64,000 nucleotides of DNA from Epiperipatus broadwayi (GCA_028023455.1 JAQFVV010000008.1:9672001-9736000), one strand, 5' to 3'; positions 1-12,760 are shown, counted from the first letter of the stretch. Translations and numbers: made by a program. The notes: a model not told the origin generated them from the sequence alone.

Positions 1-1004
1 TAGATTAAAATGGTCTACTTAGAATTTCATATTTTCCAAGCAAGAATTAATTGCTAATGCCCTTTATATTTGTGTATGAGATTGTAGGTTGTATCAACTA
101 GCAGCTACATAAATTTAAAAAAAATAGTTAAGTACATTTATGGAAATAAGAAAAATTGGAGATGAAATTATAAAGGGATTCCATTTTTGTACCAAAATAT
201 ATAAACAGATGCAAGACCATCAGAGCAGTAGGATCATGGCGATTGTCAACAAATGATATAATAGATAATATACCATAAGACTCCATAAAATGCAGAGTTT
301 GTGATCCCTAGATTGGATAGTGACAGCCCATTTTTCAATACAGTATAGACATATACTATGCCATATCTAACTACATGACTTCAATTATATGCTATCCAAA
401 AAAAAAAATAAACAAATAAAAAAAATATTAAAATTCACAAATTTTATGATATTTAAGCAACCATTTTTCCTTTTCTCTATGAGCAATACACAATTAAATA
501 TAAATTAATAAATTTTAAACAGGCAAAACTCTCCATGCATAAGAGATGGTGATCATGTGATGTTTAATGGTTTAACACCAATCCTGCCTAATAAATTTTA
601 TTAGGTTTATGTTGAAACAAATACATTTTATTCTTCCTTTATCATCCTTCCCAAATTTGACATGTAATATTTTTTCTTCTTTTTGTACAGTACACAATAA
701 TATATATTAATACATTTTATTTTGTTTATGTTGAAAGTACATACATTTTATTGTTCCTTTATTATCCTTTTCAAATTTGACAAGCAGTATTTTGTGTAAT
801 AAAATCATTTCTAAGCTAAATACTCTAAGTTTTACAAAATTTTAGAATTAAAAAAAAAATTTCCTAGAGTATATTTAAATAGTGAGAAAAACCAAACATT
901 TCACTATTTACTTTATTTTAAAAATAAGAATACAATAGTTAGATTTTTTCTTACTTTTATTATTTCAGTGAATATACGAGTGAATACACTCAAAATATAT
1001 GTAA

Positions 1005-2810
1005 ATGTGTACCCTTAATTTACTATTAAAAATTATGGAAGATAAGAAGAAATTAAATTATTTATTGAATAAACAATTATATGATATAAAAACTTCTAAG
1101 CAAGAATATAAATATAGAAGGATTACTAAAGAAATAAGAAATATATGTAAAAATGAAAACATAACAATATGTAAAGAGGATAAAAGTAGTAGATTTGTGG
1201 TTTTATATTCTAAGGATTATTTAGATAGGATAGAGTGTGAAATAAAAAAAGAAGGATATGAAGGATTATCAAAAGATCCTATTAACATGATAAAAAATAA
1301 ATATATAAAATTATTACAAAAGATGGAAAGGAAAAAAATTATTAATACATATCAATATAAACATTTATATCCTTCTTCTTATGAGAACCCATATTTATTT
1401 ACTAAGGTAAAAACTCATAAAGAAAATAATCCATTGAGATTATTATTTAATTTTACTAATTTTATTCTACAAAGATTTTGTAAGTATTTAAATAAGTGGA
1501 TAGTAAATATTATTGGTTATGTGGAGTTTTGCATTAAAAATACAGAGGCTATTATAAATAAGTTAAATATGATAAAATTGAATAGAAACCAAAGTATATT
1601 TGTAAAGGATATTGAAAAGATGTATCCTAGCATTCCAAGAACAAAAAGTATAGAAATATTAATACAGAAGTTATATATGCATATTAATGATATTGAGGTA
1701 ATTAATATTATTGAAGAAGGTTTAATTTTGATACATAATAGTTTGTATTTTAAATATAATAGTGAATATTGGAGTATACATAAGGGGTGGGTAATGGGGT
1801 GTGCAATTAGTGGATTAATGTCATCAATATTCATCAATGAAATGGAAATGAAAATTGTTAATAGTAGAATAGAAAATCAAGATATAATACATTACTTTAG
1901 ATATGTTGATGATATATTAATAATTGGTAATAAAAGAGCTATAAAGAAAACATACAATGAACTTAATAATAATATGGATAATATAAAATTTACAATTATA
2001 GAAATTGATGTTAAAATAAAATATTTAGATGTAGAGATAGAGATAGATGATAATAATATAATTAAATTAAAACACTTCATTAAAGAAGATAAATTAAGGA
2101 AAATAATTTCTATGGATTCGCAACAGGCATGGATTCAAAAAATGGCAGTTATTAAAAATTTTAAAAACAAAAATAATAAATATAACACAGATAGGAAGAT
2201 AGCTATTTTGCAAAAAGAGAAATTTATAAAGTTATATACTAGTTATGGATACAACCCTAGAAACATTAGAAATATATTCTTTAATTATAAACAAAATAAT
2301 TTGGGTAATAATAGTGACACAGAAAATATAAAATGGGTAAAACTTTCATATGTTCCTAAAATTTATAATACATTATTAAAAAATAAAAATTATATAGATC
2401 AAAATATTAAAATAGGATGGTCAAACAGTAAAACTCTTGATATATTAGTAGGAAATTATAAAATAAAAGATGATATAAAATATAAAAAGGGTATAGTATA
2501 TAAAATTACTTGTGGGGTTTGCAGTATGGTTTATTATGGATATACAGCAAAACAATTAGAAGAAAGGGCTAAAGAGCATAATAATGCTATTAATAGAAGA
2601 GATGACAGATCTGCATTATATGTTCACTACTTAAAATATGGACATAGAATAGATTGTGTTAAGAATATAAGTCCATTAAATTATATTAAAGAAATTAATA
2701 GAAGGAAAATATATGAAACCAATTACATTAATTATAACAAAAATAATTGTATGTACATTTATAAAACATCAATTAATTTAACTAATAATTGGATAATGAA
2801 AAATGAATGA
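1005..2810 (+). CDS. Penelope-like retroelement ORF: reverse transcriptase + C-terminal GIY-YIG endonuclease (Penelope/Poseidon-type architecture)
   Basis: 601-aa open frame. It carries PLE RT motifs ITICKEDKSSRFVV, FVKDIEKMYPSIP, GWVMGCAISGLMSSIF, YFRYVDDILII and KYLDVEI. The C-terminal GIY-YIG module GIVYKITCGVCSMVYYGYT..ERAKEH..SALYVH..GH..E has the CxxC insert typical of PLEs. Confidence 0.95.
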   Translation: MCTLNLLLKIMEDKKKLNYLLNKQLYDIKTSKQEYKYRRITKEIRNICKNENITICKEDKSSRFVVLYSKDYLDRIECEIKKEGYEGLSKDPINMIKNKYIKLLQKMERKKIINTYQYKHLYPSSYENPYLFTKVKTHKENNPLRLLFNFTNFILQRFCKYLNKWIVNIIGYVEFCIKNTEAIINKLNMIKLNRNQSIFVKDIEKMYPSIPRTKSIEILIQKLYMHINDIEVINIIEEGLILIHNSLYFKYNSEYWSIHKGWVMGCAISGLMSSIFINEMEMKIVNSRIENQDIIHYFRYVDDILIIGNKRAIKKTYNELNNNMDNIKFTIIEIDVKIKYLDVEIEIDDNNIIKLKHFIKEDKLRKIISMDSQQAWIQKMAVIKNFKNKNNKYNTDRKIAILQKEKFIKLYTSYGYNPRNIRNIFFNYKQNNLGNNSDTENIKWVKLSYVPKIYNTLLKNKNYIDQNIKIGWSNSKTLDILVGNYKIKDDIKYKKGIVYKITCGVCSMVYYGYTAKQLEERAKEHNNAINRRDDRSALYVHYLKYGHRIDCVKNISPLNYIKEINRRKIYETNYINYNKNNCMYIYKTSINLTNNWIMKNE

Positions 2811-2921
2811 AGGGTTGTATAATATGTGTTGTTGTATTTAAGTATAATTATGGGCTTGTGTTAATTTTATATAGAACCAGTAGATATCACTATGTATGCA
2901 GTATAGGTTATTTTTGTAATT

Positions 2922-2980
2922 AAGCCATATTGAAAAGGGCAAAAATTTAAAATTTGCCGAAAAGAGCTTTTATATGTTTT
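2922..2980 (+). ncRNA. Minimal type-I hammerhead ribozyme (U3-A8 core variant) in the PLE 3' region
   Basis: Helix I AAGCCATA(2922-29)/TATGTTTT(2973-80); core TTGAAAA (2930-36); helix II GGCAAA/TTTGCC (2938-43/2953-58); GAA 2959-61; self-complementary helix III AAGAGCTTTT (2962-71); cleavage triplet UUA, cut after 2972. Confidence 0.75.
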
Positions 2981-4280
2981 ATTTGTGATGATTATATGAC
3001 TATATTACAGCTATTGTTATATATCATTTTGTTGTTAGTAAAGATATTTTATTATATCTATGATTTATTTTTACTATTAAAAATTATATGATTATTATTT
3101 TTTTAAAATTTTGTTTATATTATGACCTTAATTTATATATGAATACTAGACATTCAAAAAGTATCTGTTATATATATATGCATGTTTAAAAATAAATATG
3201 TATTCAATTCTAATCAATGTTTAACAAAATGTGAGCCATTATATGCTATATGAAGTTGTACAGGAGGGCTTGGAACAAAATATATCACAGTTCACGGCTC
3301 CACTGCATTCTAAAAAAATTCTATCTTTGTGAATAAATTATCAGGAAAATATTATTTATCTATTTTAATTCCACGAGGTTTATAGATATATTATAAATAA
3401 TAAACTGGTTTTATTCTTAAAATTAATATGAGAAAAATGAGATATATCATTTGAATGTGTATGATAAAGCAAATATATGTATGTGAATTCAATTGGCTCA
3501 ATTAATTACACAAATTTTCAGAAATTATGAATCTCCACAGGTATTGGTTAAGATCTCACCTCTGTCCTAAATTTAGTGAAATTATACACTTATTGTTTGA
3601 TTCCGCATTTGACTAAGTTTTTGAATTATGAATTTTATATAGATAATATATGTGATAATCTTCATTGCTCATTCCAGGCAATGTGATCTATATTATGGAA
3701 TTTATTAGGAAGAGAGAATTCTGGTTGAAGATTGAATAAAATAGGAATGACACATTGAATGAAAGCTCCTGCAACTTTTCTAGATAGGCCCATTTGTCAT
3801 GAAAACTATTTTAGGTTAGATGTCTATTACCAAAAATACCAACATTACCAACAATAATAGAGATGGCCAATGTTTTACAGTAATAAGCCAATTTTTTCAT
3901 GTATGAGTTCATATGTGCATATAACTTTTGCACTATTATTCAATTTTTGTATAAAGCACATTACTTTAAAAATAAATTAGTATTCAGAATATTTTTTTTC
4001 ATAATATAATATAGAAAAATTTTTTCCAATTGTAAATTTTGCTTACTTTAATAAGATTTTATAGTCTCTTGCTTTCTTCACCAAAATATTTTTCAAATTT
4101 GAATCAGTTAAACATTTTATTTGTTAACAATTTCATAATGAAAATAATTTTTGTAGAGAATAAAACTGCAAAGCTTATAAAAAATAACCAATTATAGTAT
4201 GAAAATTAAAAACTAATTGTCAAATTTGTACATACAAAATGAAGGCACAGCAATTTTTTTTTTTTTTTAGTTTGACTCAC

Positions 4281-4488
4281 TTATTTTGAATTTTTCTCAG
4301 GAGTACTAATAAAAAGTTTTTGATTATAGTATTTACAAAGATTTAAGTGATAACAAGGTTCCAATGAACTGTAGACTGTTATTGCTAACCTAGAGAATAA
4401 AGACCTGGCTATGAATGGTGAATCTCCAAATATTGTCATTAAAATATTAATGACAGTATAAAGATATATATATATACACACACACACA
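4281..4488 (-). CDS. Candidate exon of an unidentified minus-strand gene (hydrophobic, ends in a stop)
   Basis: Acceptor ttatattttcAG at 4489-90, open frame to TAA, then GTGAGT. The phase is compatible with the 34-bp exon candidate at 5310-5343. No protein family recognised, and it begins in a microsatellite. Confidence 0.25.
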
Positions 4489-5309
4489 CTGAAAATATAA
4501 TGTGATTTATTTATTTTTTATCTTGATAAACTCTGGCTATGATGCAATTAGGCAAGCAACCAATTAAATCTGGCAAATGCAAACTGAAATCACACAATCA
4601 ATTTGAAATTTCCAGTTTTAATTGGCTGTCTATCTAATTACATAGCTGATATTTACCTAGGTAAAAACAGAGAAAAATCCAATTACAACTTCAAAGTTTA
4701 TATCTACCTATAAAATCTATAAAAACCTAATTTTTATATATATGAACAATTTTGACTTTATGACATTTTGTACTCTGCCAATCCATATAAAAAGATGATG
4801 AACATATTTCATAATAAGTCTGAGTATGCGTAACCTTTATCAAATAATGCTTGCATAAAAATAAAAAATGCCAAAAGATCAAATCTGTCAATTATGCAAA
4901 AGATTAGATGTGATCACGAGGCTTAGTTTAAATAAGGACCTCATTTTTAAAGAAAAGCATTACTGCTATGCAACAGCATTTTTATCTTCTTAAAATAAAT
5001 ATCACATTCATGCAGTCCTATTATCTACTATTTATGTGGTAGAGAAATTATACTTGCAATTTCAAAGAAAAAATACTGTTTTGCAAATAAAAAAATTAAA
5101 AAGATATCCGAGACCTTTAGCATGCATGAGAATCCCTCAAAAAATAGAAAGAGCACTACACATTTGATTAATCAGTCACTAAAAAAAAAAAAGAACGACT
5201 TAAAAATCCTTGTACCCTGTTGATAGTTAATAGACAATTATAAGAACTAAATATAAGATGGACTGAAATAATATCTTCAATGTTATTAAGAACTAAAACT
5301 TAAACTTAC

Positions 5310-5343
5310 CAGGCAGAACAGTATACAACCAGTAAAGGAATAT
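5310..5343 (-). CDS. Candidate 34-bp exon
   Basis: Minus strand tttttAG|ATATTCCTTTACTGGTTGTATACTGTTCTGCCTG|GTAAGT; consensus splice sites on both sides. Confidence 0.35.
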
Positions 5344-7708
5344 CTAAAAATATATGATAAAACATAGAAAGGGTTCTGAAATATATCTTGTTATTCTGCA
5401 AATGTTCTAAGTCATATTCATAGATAAATTTAGGATATTTTGAATAATGATACAGAGATTAAGCTCAAAAAATTTAGATTTTTGTAACATATGTTGAGGC
5501 ACATTGGATTACTCAGGTTTTATTTTTGTTCTTGTACTTTGTCAAGATGCTTATAATATCTGCATGCACAGGTGTAACCATAGAAATATAGATGGATAGA
5601 AAATATTTTTAAGATTATTATCAAAAAATCCTTTTACTCTTTTTAAACAAAAGATAAAATAAATTCCATCGTGTTGATAATTTTTTCCCAAAAGCATAGA
5701 GCATATTACAAAATAGAAATTAATGTGAATAATAAACTTATACAATCCATTTATTAGTTGTTTTTTTTTAGCTATGAATGCACATCGAATATGTAATAAA
5801 TAGATAGTCAGTGAACCAACATGACTTACAGATAGAAATGCCCTAATCCATTTTTTTAAAACTATAATTCAACTTTTTCATAAATTTTTAAACAGAGATG
5901 ATTATGCTTAACAGCAACACAACTAATTCTTGCACATGCATTATCAATTATGACTTTTGTAATTAAAACATAGAAAAAATATGTTGTATTAAACTGACAT
6001 TTTATTTTAATAAATGTGATGAACTATAAGAACCATGATATAAAATACATTAATGTAAATAGTAAAATTTTTCATACTGCTCAAAGGTCTTTTTTTTTTC
6101 TTTTTTTCCAAAGTTTAAATTTTTCTGACATTTAACAGAAAATGGTTGCATGTAAAAGGCATTTATCAAATTTTAAATAATTTTTCATTCAGTAAAAGAA
6201 GTTATAATTTTCATAATAATACAATTATGTCTTATCTATTATATTTATGTTCAGATTTAAAAGTTGATATATTTATCTTAAGGTAGAGTGGACACCAAGA
6301 TGGATCTCATGGTGTAACACTAGTGCATCTATCTATCTATTATGCTTACAATATGGTTTCATATCAAGCAAACATTAAATTTTTCAATGGGCTTGACTTG
6401 TAATTAATTCACCTGACAATTCAATATTCTGTTGGTATCTAGTTATTTTTAGCTTCAAAATAAAACAAGAATGAAAAACCACTCTAACTTTTATTGCCTG
6501 GCAACTTGGCAAACCTGGGTTTTCTCCTTTACCATTCCTCTATGAGAGACTGTTGGAGTGATCTTTGCAATAGATTATTTAAGGGCTGTTTTAGTTATGA
6601 TCGACAGACAATAACAAAAGTTGATTACATAAAATTTACTTAATTTACAATATTTGTCAACATACATACACACATTCATATATAGAACACAGATACTTTA
6701 TAACATATAGACACAAACATAGCTACAAATTAAACTAAAAATTGCAATACATAAATCTTAATTTAGTAAATTAAGATTATAAATAAAATAAAACAAAAAA
6801 ACACAAGAGAGCACATATAATTATATAGCTATGTAGTAGTGTGTACATAATATATTTACTCGATCTTACTCATTCACTTTTCTTAAATAAATGGTAAAAT
6901 TTTAAATTTTTGAAGTAAAAAAAAACTGAGAGGTGGGGGTGGGGGGTCTATACATGTTAGATTTGCTTAGGGAAAGATATTACATTGAGTGTGCATGTGT
7001 TTCAAGATTACAATGAAGCCATGATATACACTATATCAATAAACACTACTTCAATTATATGCCATTAAAAAAAATGCTTTTTAAATAAGATAAAGTAGTA
7101 GCCATTTTACCACCTTGAGACACCATATATAATCACACTTATTAATAACATATCTTTTTTTTTTTTTATCAAGAATTTATTAAACTTCATATATACAGGG
7201 TTAAAATTTTGCTATGATGCTAAATGCTGCCATATTAAGAATTTAATATTAGTCAACTCTTTTGCCTGTTTAAGTTCCTTATGTGTTGTTCAGTACCTAA
7301 GCCCGTCTATGGATTCTTGCTGCTTTATGTATATCACTGATGGTTGCTCTTCTTTAACTGTTCAACTTGATTAGCTGCCATGGGGTATTATAGCTCATTA
7401 GATTAGATTGAAAGCACACATATTTTATTCATAGCTTATGTTTTTTCACCCTAAAATGTTTTAATAAAATTCATAAAATATCTTTACTGATAATGAAGGT
7501 TTAACGATTTAATAATGGCAAAAAATAAGAATTGCAAAATATTCTTATTATTGCAACAGAAAGCTTAGTTTGAAGAGTTTAATCCAAAATCTGATATGAA
7601 TAATAACAAAAAAAGGTAATTTTATAAATTCTGAAGCTGATAGTATCAAAATAGATAGAAATGCTACTGTCTGCTGATAATGAGATTGTTGTTAACATTT
7701 CTTTAGGG

Positions 7709-8771
7709 CAGGGATGGGAAATTTTTTCTGCCAAGGGCCATTTGATATTTATAATATCATTTGCAGGCCATAGAAAATTATCAATTTAAAAATTAGCCTG
7801 CTACATTTGATCAAAAATTTAATTAATTTACTTCTAATCATTTGGTGTGGGCAACCTTTTCAACTGGCAGGTGAATTTTAACTTTCTCTTTTTAAATGAG
7901 GCCATATTTTTTTGTGAATTAAAAATAAAGTAACATTATTATTATTAACAACTGTTCCATATTTAATGACAATTTTTTCAATTTTTCTTGTAACTATGCT
8001 TTGTGATATTTATCTACTAATTTCTTTTTATGTTTTGGACAGATTAATTTTTCAGCAGCTAGAATGCAGTCTTTTATTTTCTGACTTATTTGTAATTTTT
8101 ATGAAACATGTCAGCCACTTGATGAAGCTCCTTTTTAAATTTTTTCTTTTAATATTTCTTTCTTCCTCAATAATTTTGCTGTAATCAGAATGTTTGATAA
8201 ATAGTGCATATTAAAAATGAATTCTTTATCAAGTGAAATACTTCCCAGTTATATCAGACATATCAATTTACTATTTCTTTCTCTAAAAATATATATATAT
8301 ACAATAGTCCATTTCTTTTGAAATGTGCAATTTTCTGTGTCAATTTTTCTTATTTTACTTGGTGCAGCCATCCTAATAAAAAAAAAAAAATGAATGCAAA
8401 ATAATAATAAAATGAAGTAAAATTTGTTTTATTTTTACTGATATACATTTGTCTGTGAAAATCATTATAAAAACAAATAGAATGTCTTTAGCATCATAGA
8501 TTAAATCTATAATAAGATATGCCACAATATATTTGTTTAATATTGCATCCCTGATAGAATAAACTAGAACTATTATAAATGTTAGGAAGAGCAAGATGCA
8601 GTTGAAAAATATTTTATTTTATGTAACTCTTAATTCAATATTTGTACTATGCATGTTTAAGTAGAAATTTTATACAAGGATATTTTATATGTTTTTGAAA
8701 ATGTTCAAGGGCCATATTGAAAGCTAATGAAGGCTTGAATTGGCCCACAAGCCAAAGGTTCCCCACTCCTG
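7709..8771 (-). mobile_element. Internally deleted hAT (Buster/Charlie; SPIN/OC1-like) DNA transposon
   Basis: Termini CAGGGATGGGAA / TTCCCCACTCCTG; perfect 8-bp TSD CTTTAGGG (7701-08, 8772-79); minus-strand transposase N-terminal remnant inside. Confidence 0.9.
7950..8371 (-). pseudogene. Decayed hAT transposase N-terminus (BED-finger region, GTF2IRD2/EPM2AIP1/SPIN-like)
   Basis: ATG at 8371: MAAPSKIRKIDTENCTFQKKW..RERNSKLICLI..DKEF..HY, and further on IKDCILAAEKLICPK. These fit the RK(V/I)DSECR.F..W...CLIC...KE.NL.RHY and IKEC......CP.K patterns of this family, with stops and frameshifts. Confidence 0.75.
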
Positions 8772-11700
8772 CTTTAGGGAAAATCATAAAAGAAAAGGAA
8801 TAACGTGCAGTGTGTTTAATTGAAATGTAGCACTCATACTTCACTATTACTTTATGGAAAAAAAAATAAAGTTAAGGAATAGTAGGTTTTTTATTATTTT
8901 TATTTTTTGAATGATTGTGCATTCAATAACTATATATGTATAAATATATATATAATATCATATGACTTTAGCTACATACTTTAGTAAGTAATAATAGATG
9001 CTGCAAAATGATAGTGCTTATTAAATCTCTATCCTTTACTATTCAATATATCCAAACTAGTATATTAAAGCTTAAAGTAAATAGCACAGAGATGATGAAA
9101 AATTATGTAGTTATAAATATATATGTAAATGTGATCCTTTAATATATATATATACTATTATTAATTAATTATTTTTATACATATTTTGTTTATATTATAA
9201 TCTTGATTTATATTATGCATACTATACACATTAAAAAAAGTGTTTGTCCTATATATATATACTAGTGTTGAAAAATACTGTATATTTATAATTCAATAAC
9301 AATATGTACTCTATTATAATCAAAGCTTATCAAGAAAACATGAGCTATTGTATGCAATATACATGTGAGGATGGAACAAAACAATGGATATTGCTGCATA
9401 AAGTTCATGTGTGCATTTGGAAAATAATAATAATAATAAAAGAGTGTGTGTGTGTGGGAGGGGGACCTTAAATCTTAAAATAAATTTAAAATTATATATC
9501 AAAAATATAGAAAACTGAATAATTTTAAGTTTAATAAATAACTGTTATATTTTGGCTTGTCATTTTCATTAATATCTAAATGTTTCAACATTTGAAAAAA
9601 ATGATGCTTGTTATTTGATGTAAAAAAAGCCTGAATGATATTTAAAAAAAGTATTGCACTGTTTATCACAAAAAATTTAATATATACAAAAAGTTGACAT
9701 CTTTCTAAATAATTAATAAACTTCAATGTTTTTACTTTTTGTTTGTTTCCTGTTTTTTTTTTTTTTAAATTAGCATGTAAATTGAAACCATGGATGATGA
9801 TGATATATATATATAGTGGATGCAGTATTTTCATTATGATCACTCCCATACACACACACATATATATATATAATCACAGATAAAATATAAATTAGAAACA
9901 ACAAAATGGTTCTAATTAATTTAATATTGCTCATTGATCATTATCCTATCATATTTTCATGATAGTCATTTAAAAAGAATTTCTAAATATTAAAAATAAA
10001 AATTATCTACTACAAGTTATTAATTTTAATGCAAATCAATATATTTGTTGATTATATATAAATGATTTCAAAAATTGCCAATGGTAAAATAAATGAAAAA
10101 ATAAAGTGAAGTGGCATAGTAGTTAATAAATAAATAAACTTATAATAATTTATTGAAATTTCATAATAAATTTGAACAGAGTTCTGGCCCTAGTTTAAAT
10201 CACTGCCTTAAGCTAAAAATAAATAAATAAATTTCTACCTAATATTATTTATTCACTTATTTCAACAGAATGCCTAAAATAAAAAAATCATGTTGACAGC
10301 TATATGCAGAAAAGTTTTAATTTTTAATCCCCTTCACCATATGAACTCCTTGAAGTATGGATTGCTCCAGAGAAAATGAATCTTTCAAATGATCAGCAAA
10401 TAGTGATGTGACATACTTGATATAATATATAACAATGAAGATAGAAAAACTGTAATTATAGTTTTGATTACTTTTAGATCATTTATAGGATTGCAAAATA
10501 TTTGTAATCACTAATTTAGAATTATATGCTTTTAAATATGCTTAATTGTGTGTATAATCATTTTCAAACATTATTAATTCATTTTAAGATTTTCTTGTAT
10601 CATTCCAATAATTTTCTCTACTCATTCACCCAGCTAACAAATTCCTTTACAAATACTTGGGATCCAATTTAAGATTTCAATTGTTCAACCAATGTCATTG
10701 TTTTTACCAATATAGTTAAAGAGAGAAATTATGAAAATATAAATAAAGCTATTAACAAAAACTTCTGTGTTATTATGGCAAAAAATTTCCAAATGAAAAA
10801 CTACAAAACTAAAATGCTGAAATGGGGTGTATTTGTGCAAAATATTTCAGGTTCTTTCTGAAAAGCTGAATTAGACAATTGAATAATGAATGCCATGATA
10901 AAAATTCCAAGTAAGAAACCAAGTGTTTGTTTTTTTTTAATTTTTATTAGCATAAGATTTTGTTTTTAAAAGTCCAATTTGAATTTTGACCACAAAGCAG
11001 AAAATAGATTTAAAATGTAACATCAAGAGAAAAAAATCCAAAAAAAGGCTATAAAACAATTAATGAAAATTCTATAATGTATGTCATTGGTTAACATAGC
11101 AGTCAGAAAACTATCAAACATTGTCAAAAAAAAAAATTCCAGCAGTAAAACAAAAGTGATTTTTTTATTAGTGTAAATTTATTTTTGCTTTTACAAATGA
11201 GACTTTAATTTTCACTAGAAGTCAAAAAACAGAAATAGAAAAAAGTATCAAGAAATAAAAAAGAATGTAAAATCATCAATGATAATACTACAACAAGTAT
11301 CATAAACTGATGTATGAAACATGTGTAAGACATTTCAGAATTTTTCAAAATTAAAAAGCTTTATAAAATATGATCCGTCTATTTAATATTTTGCAATTAG
11401 TTAGACAATTTAAAGACTTACTGAGTGCTCTAGGTTTACTTCCATCATCACATGTTGATGAATATATCATTATGCAAAATATTGTACAACTTTTTGCAAT
11501 CCATTGCATGTAAAATTAACTTCACTAAAAGTTGTTATATGTATGATATGCAAGAGAAAGGATTTGATAAAATTTTATACCAGCTCTGCTACTCTGTTTA
11601 ATATAAAATGTAATCTTTTTTAAACTTTATTAGCTCTTATACTTTTTGCAGTTTATATATGATTGGCTAACAGCTTTAATGATTAGCATCATATCTGCTA

Positions 11701-12301
11701 ATTATTACAAGATGAAAGAATTTGTATATAATAGTTTGATGGATTAAATATCATTTTATAAGTCATTTCCAATACATGTAAGTAATTGAATGGCATTTGT
11801 AAAGATTAGCAATTTATAACTATTAATGATATAATGAGTTATATTTCTATTATTAACATAAACACATAGTAAATTAGTTGGGTTTTCTTTCAAGTTGATA
11901 ATTCCAAAATATATGTTATATAAAATATACCTGCAGATATGTATTTTTTATTTTGTATTAATAAACAAATAGAATCATTATTCTATTTGTTCAAAATATT
12001 AGGGAGAAAAATTATAATCAGTAGAAATAGATATTAATCATGAAACTGAAAAATATATGCCCATTATACATACAACTTAAAAAAAAATTAAAAATTGTTT
12101 TGTAATTTCTCTAGTTTTAATTTATAGTTACTTTACAGTAAAAATAATTTTTGAAAACGTTTATATATTTATAGGATAATAATAATAATATCCATATTTT
12201 CTTAGCTTCTTTATATAAAAATTCATTATAACAACCAGCATTAGTTTGTAACTACTGTTTCATTTATGTAATTTGCTTATACTGAATATTTCTTATATAT
12301 G

Positions 12302-12760
12302 TAAGTATAAGGATTTTGGGCTTAGGATTTTTCAGTCTATATTCATCCTCCACTCCATCTCAAGCAATCGATGCATGTGACCACATACATGCAAAAAAGA
12401 TCAATGATTTCCAATATACTTATTTCATACAGAACCAGCACTCATCAGTTGGGCCAGAACCTTATCTCCGACACATATATACAAACAGTGCTTAGTTATA
12501 TTAAGATAGCAAATCCTTAAAGTTTACTAGATGAGTGAGAAGATTGAAGACTGTCCATTAAAGTTTAAGGAATTGCTATCTTAATATAAACCAAACATTA
12601 TGTGTCGGGGATTATGTTCTGGCTCAACTTGCATGAAACAAGTATATTGAGGACCATTGATCTTTTTAGCATGTATGTGGTCATGTGTATTGGTTGCTGA
12701 GATGGAGTGAAGGACAAATATTGACTGAAAAATCCTAAGTTCAAATTCCTCTACTTAACT
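12302..12760. mobile_element. Inverted pair of an HHR-bearing non-coding repeat (same family as 45.3-46.4 kb)
   Basis: About 210-bp imperfect arms (~12302-12520 and ~12564-12760) around a short spacer. Shares the blocks GCTATCTTAATATAAA, GAACCAGCACTCATCAGTTGG and ATGTGTCGG(A/G)GAT with the 45-46 kb repeats. Confidence 0.85.
12411..12452 (-). ncRNA. Type-I hammerhead ribozyme motif (canonical core, partly decayed helix II)
   Basis: Minus strand CCAA CTGATGA GTGCTG GTT CTGTAT GAA ATAAGTAT A TTGG; helix I CCAA/TTGG. Confidence 0.7.

Noticed and set aside
605-790. ~120-bp-period imperfect duplication (similar small ones at ~40924-41037, ~42385/42805 and 58127-58180)
   Set aside because: Ordinary local tandem duplications; two copies only, with no spacer structure, so not CRISPR-like or a satellite.
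1517-2080. Minus-strand ORFs 1517-1837 and 1892-2080
   Set aside because: Antisense shadows of the PLE ORF.
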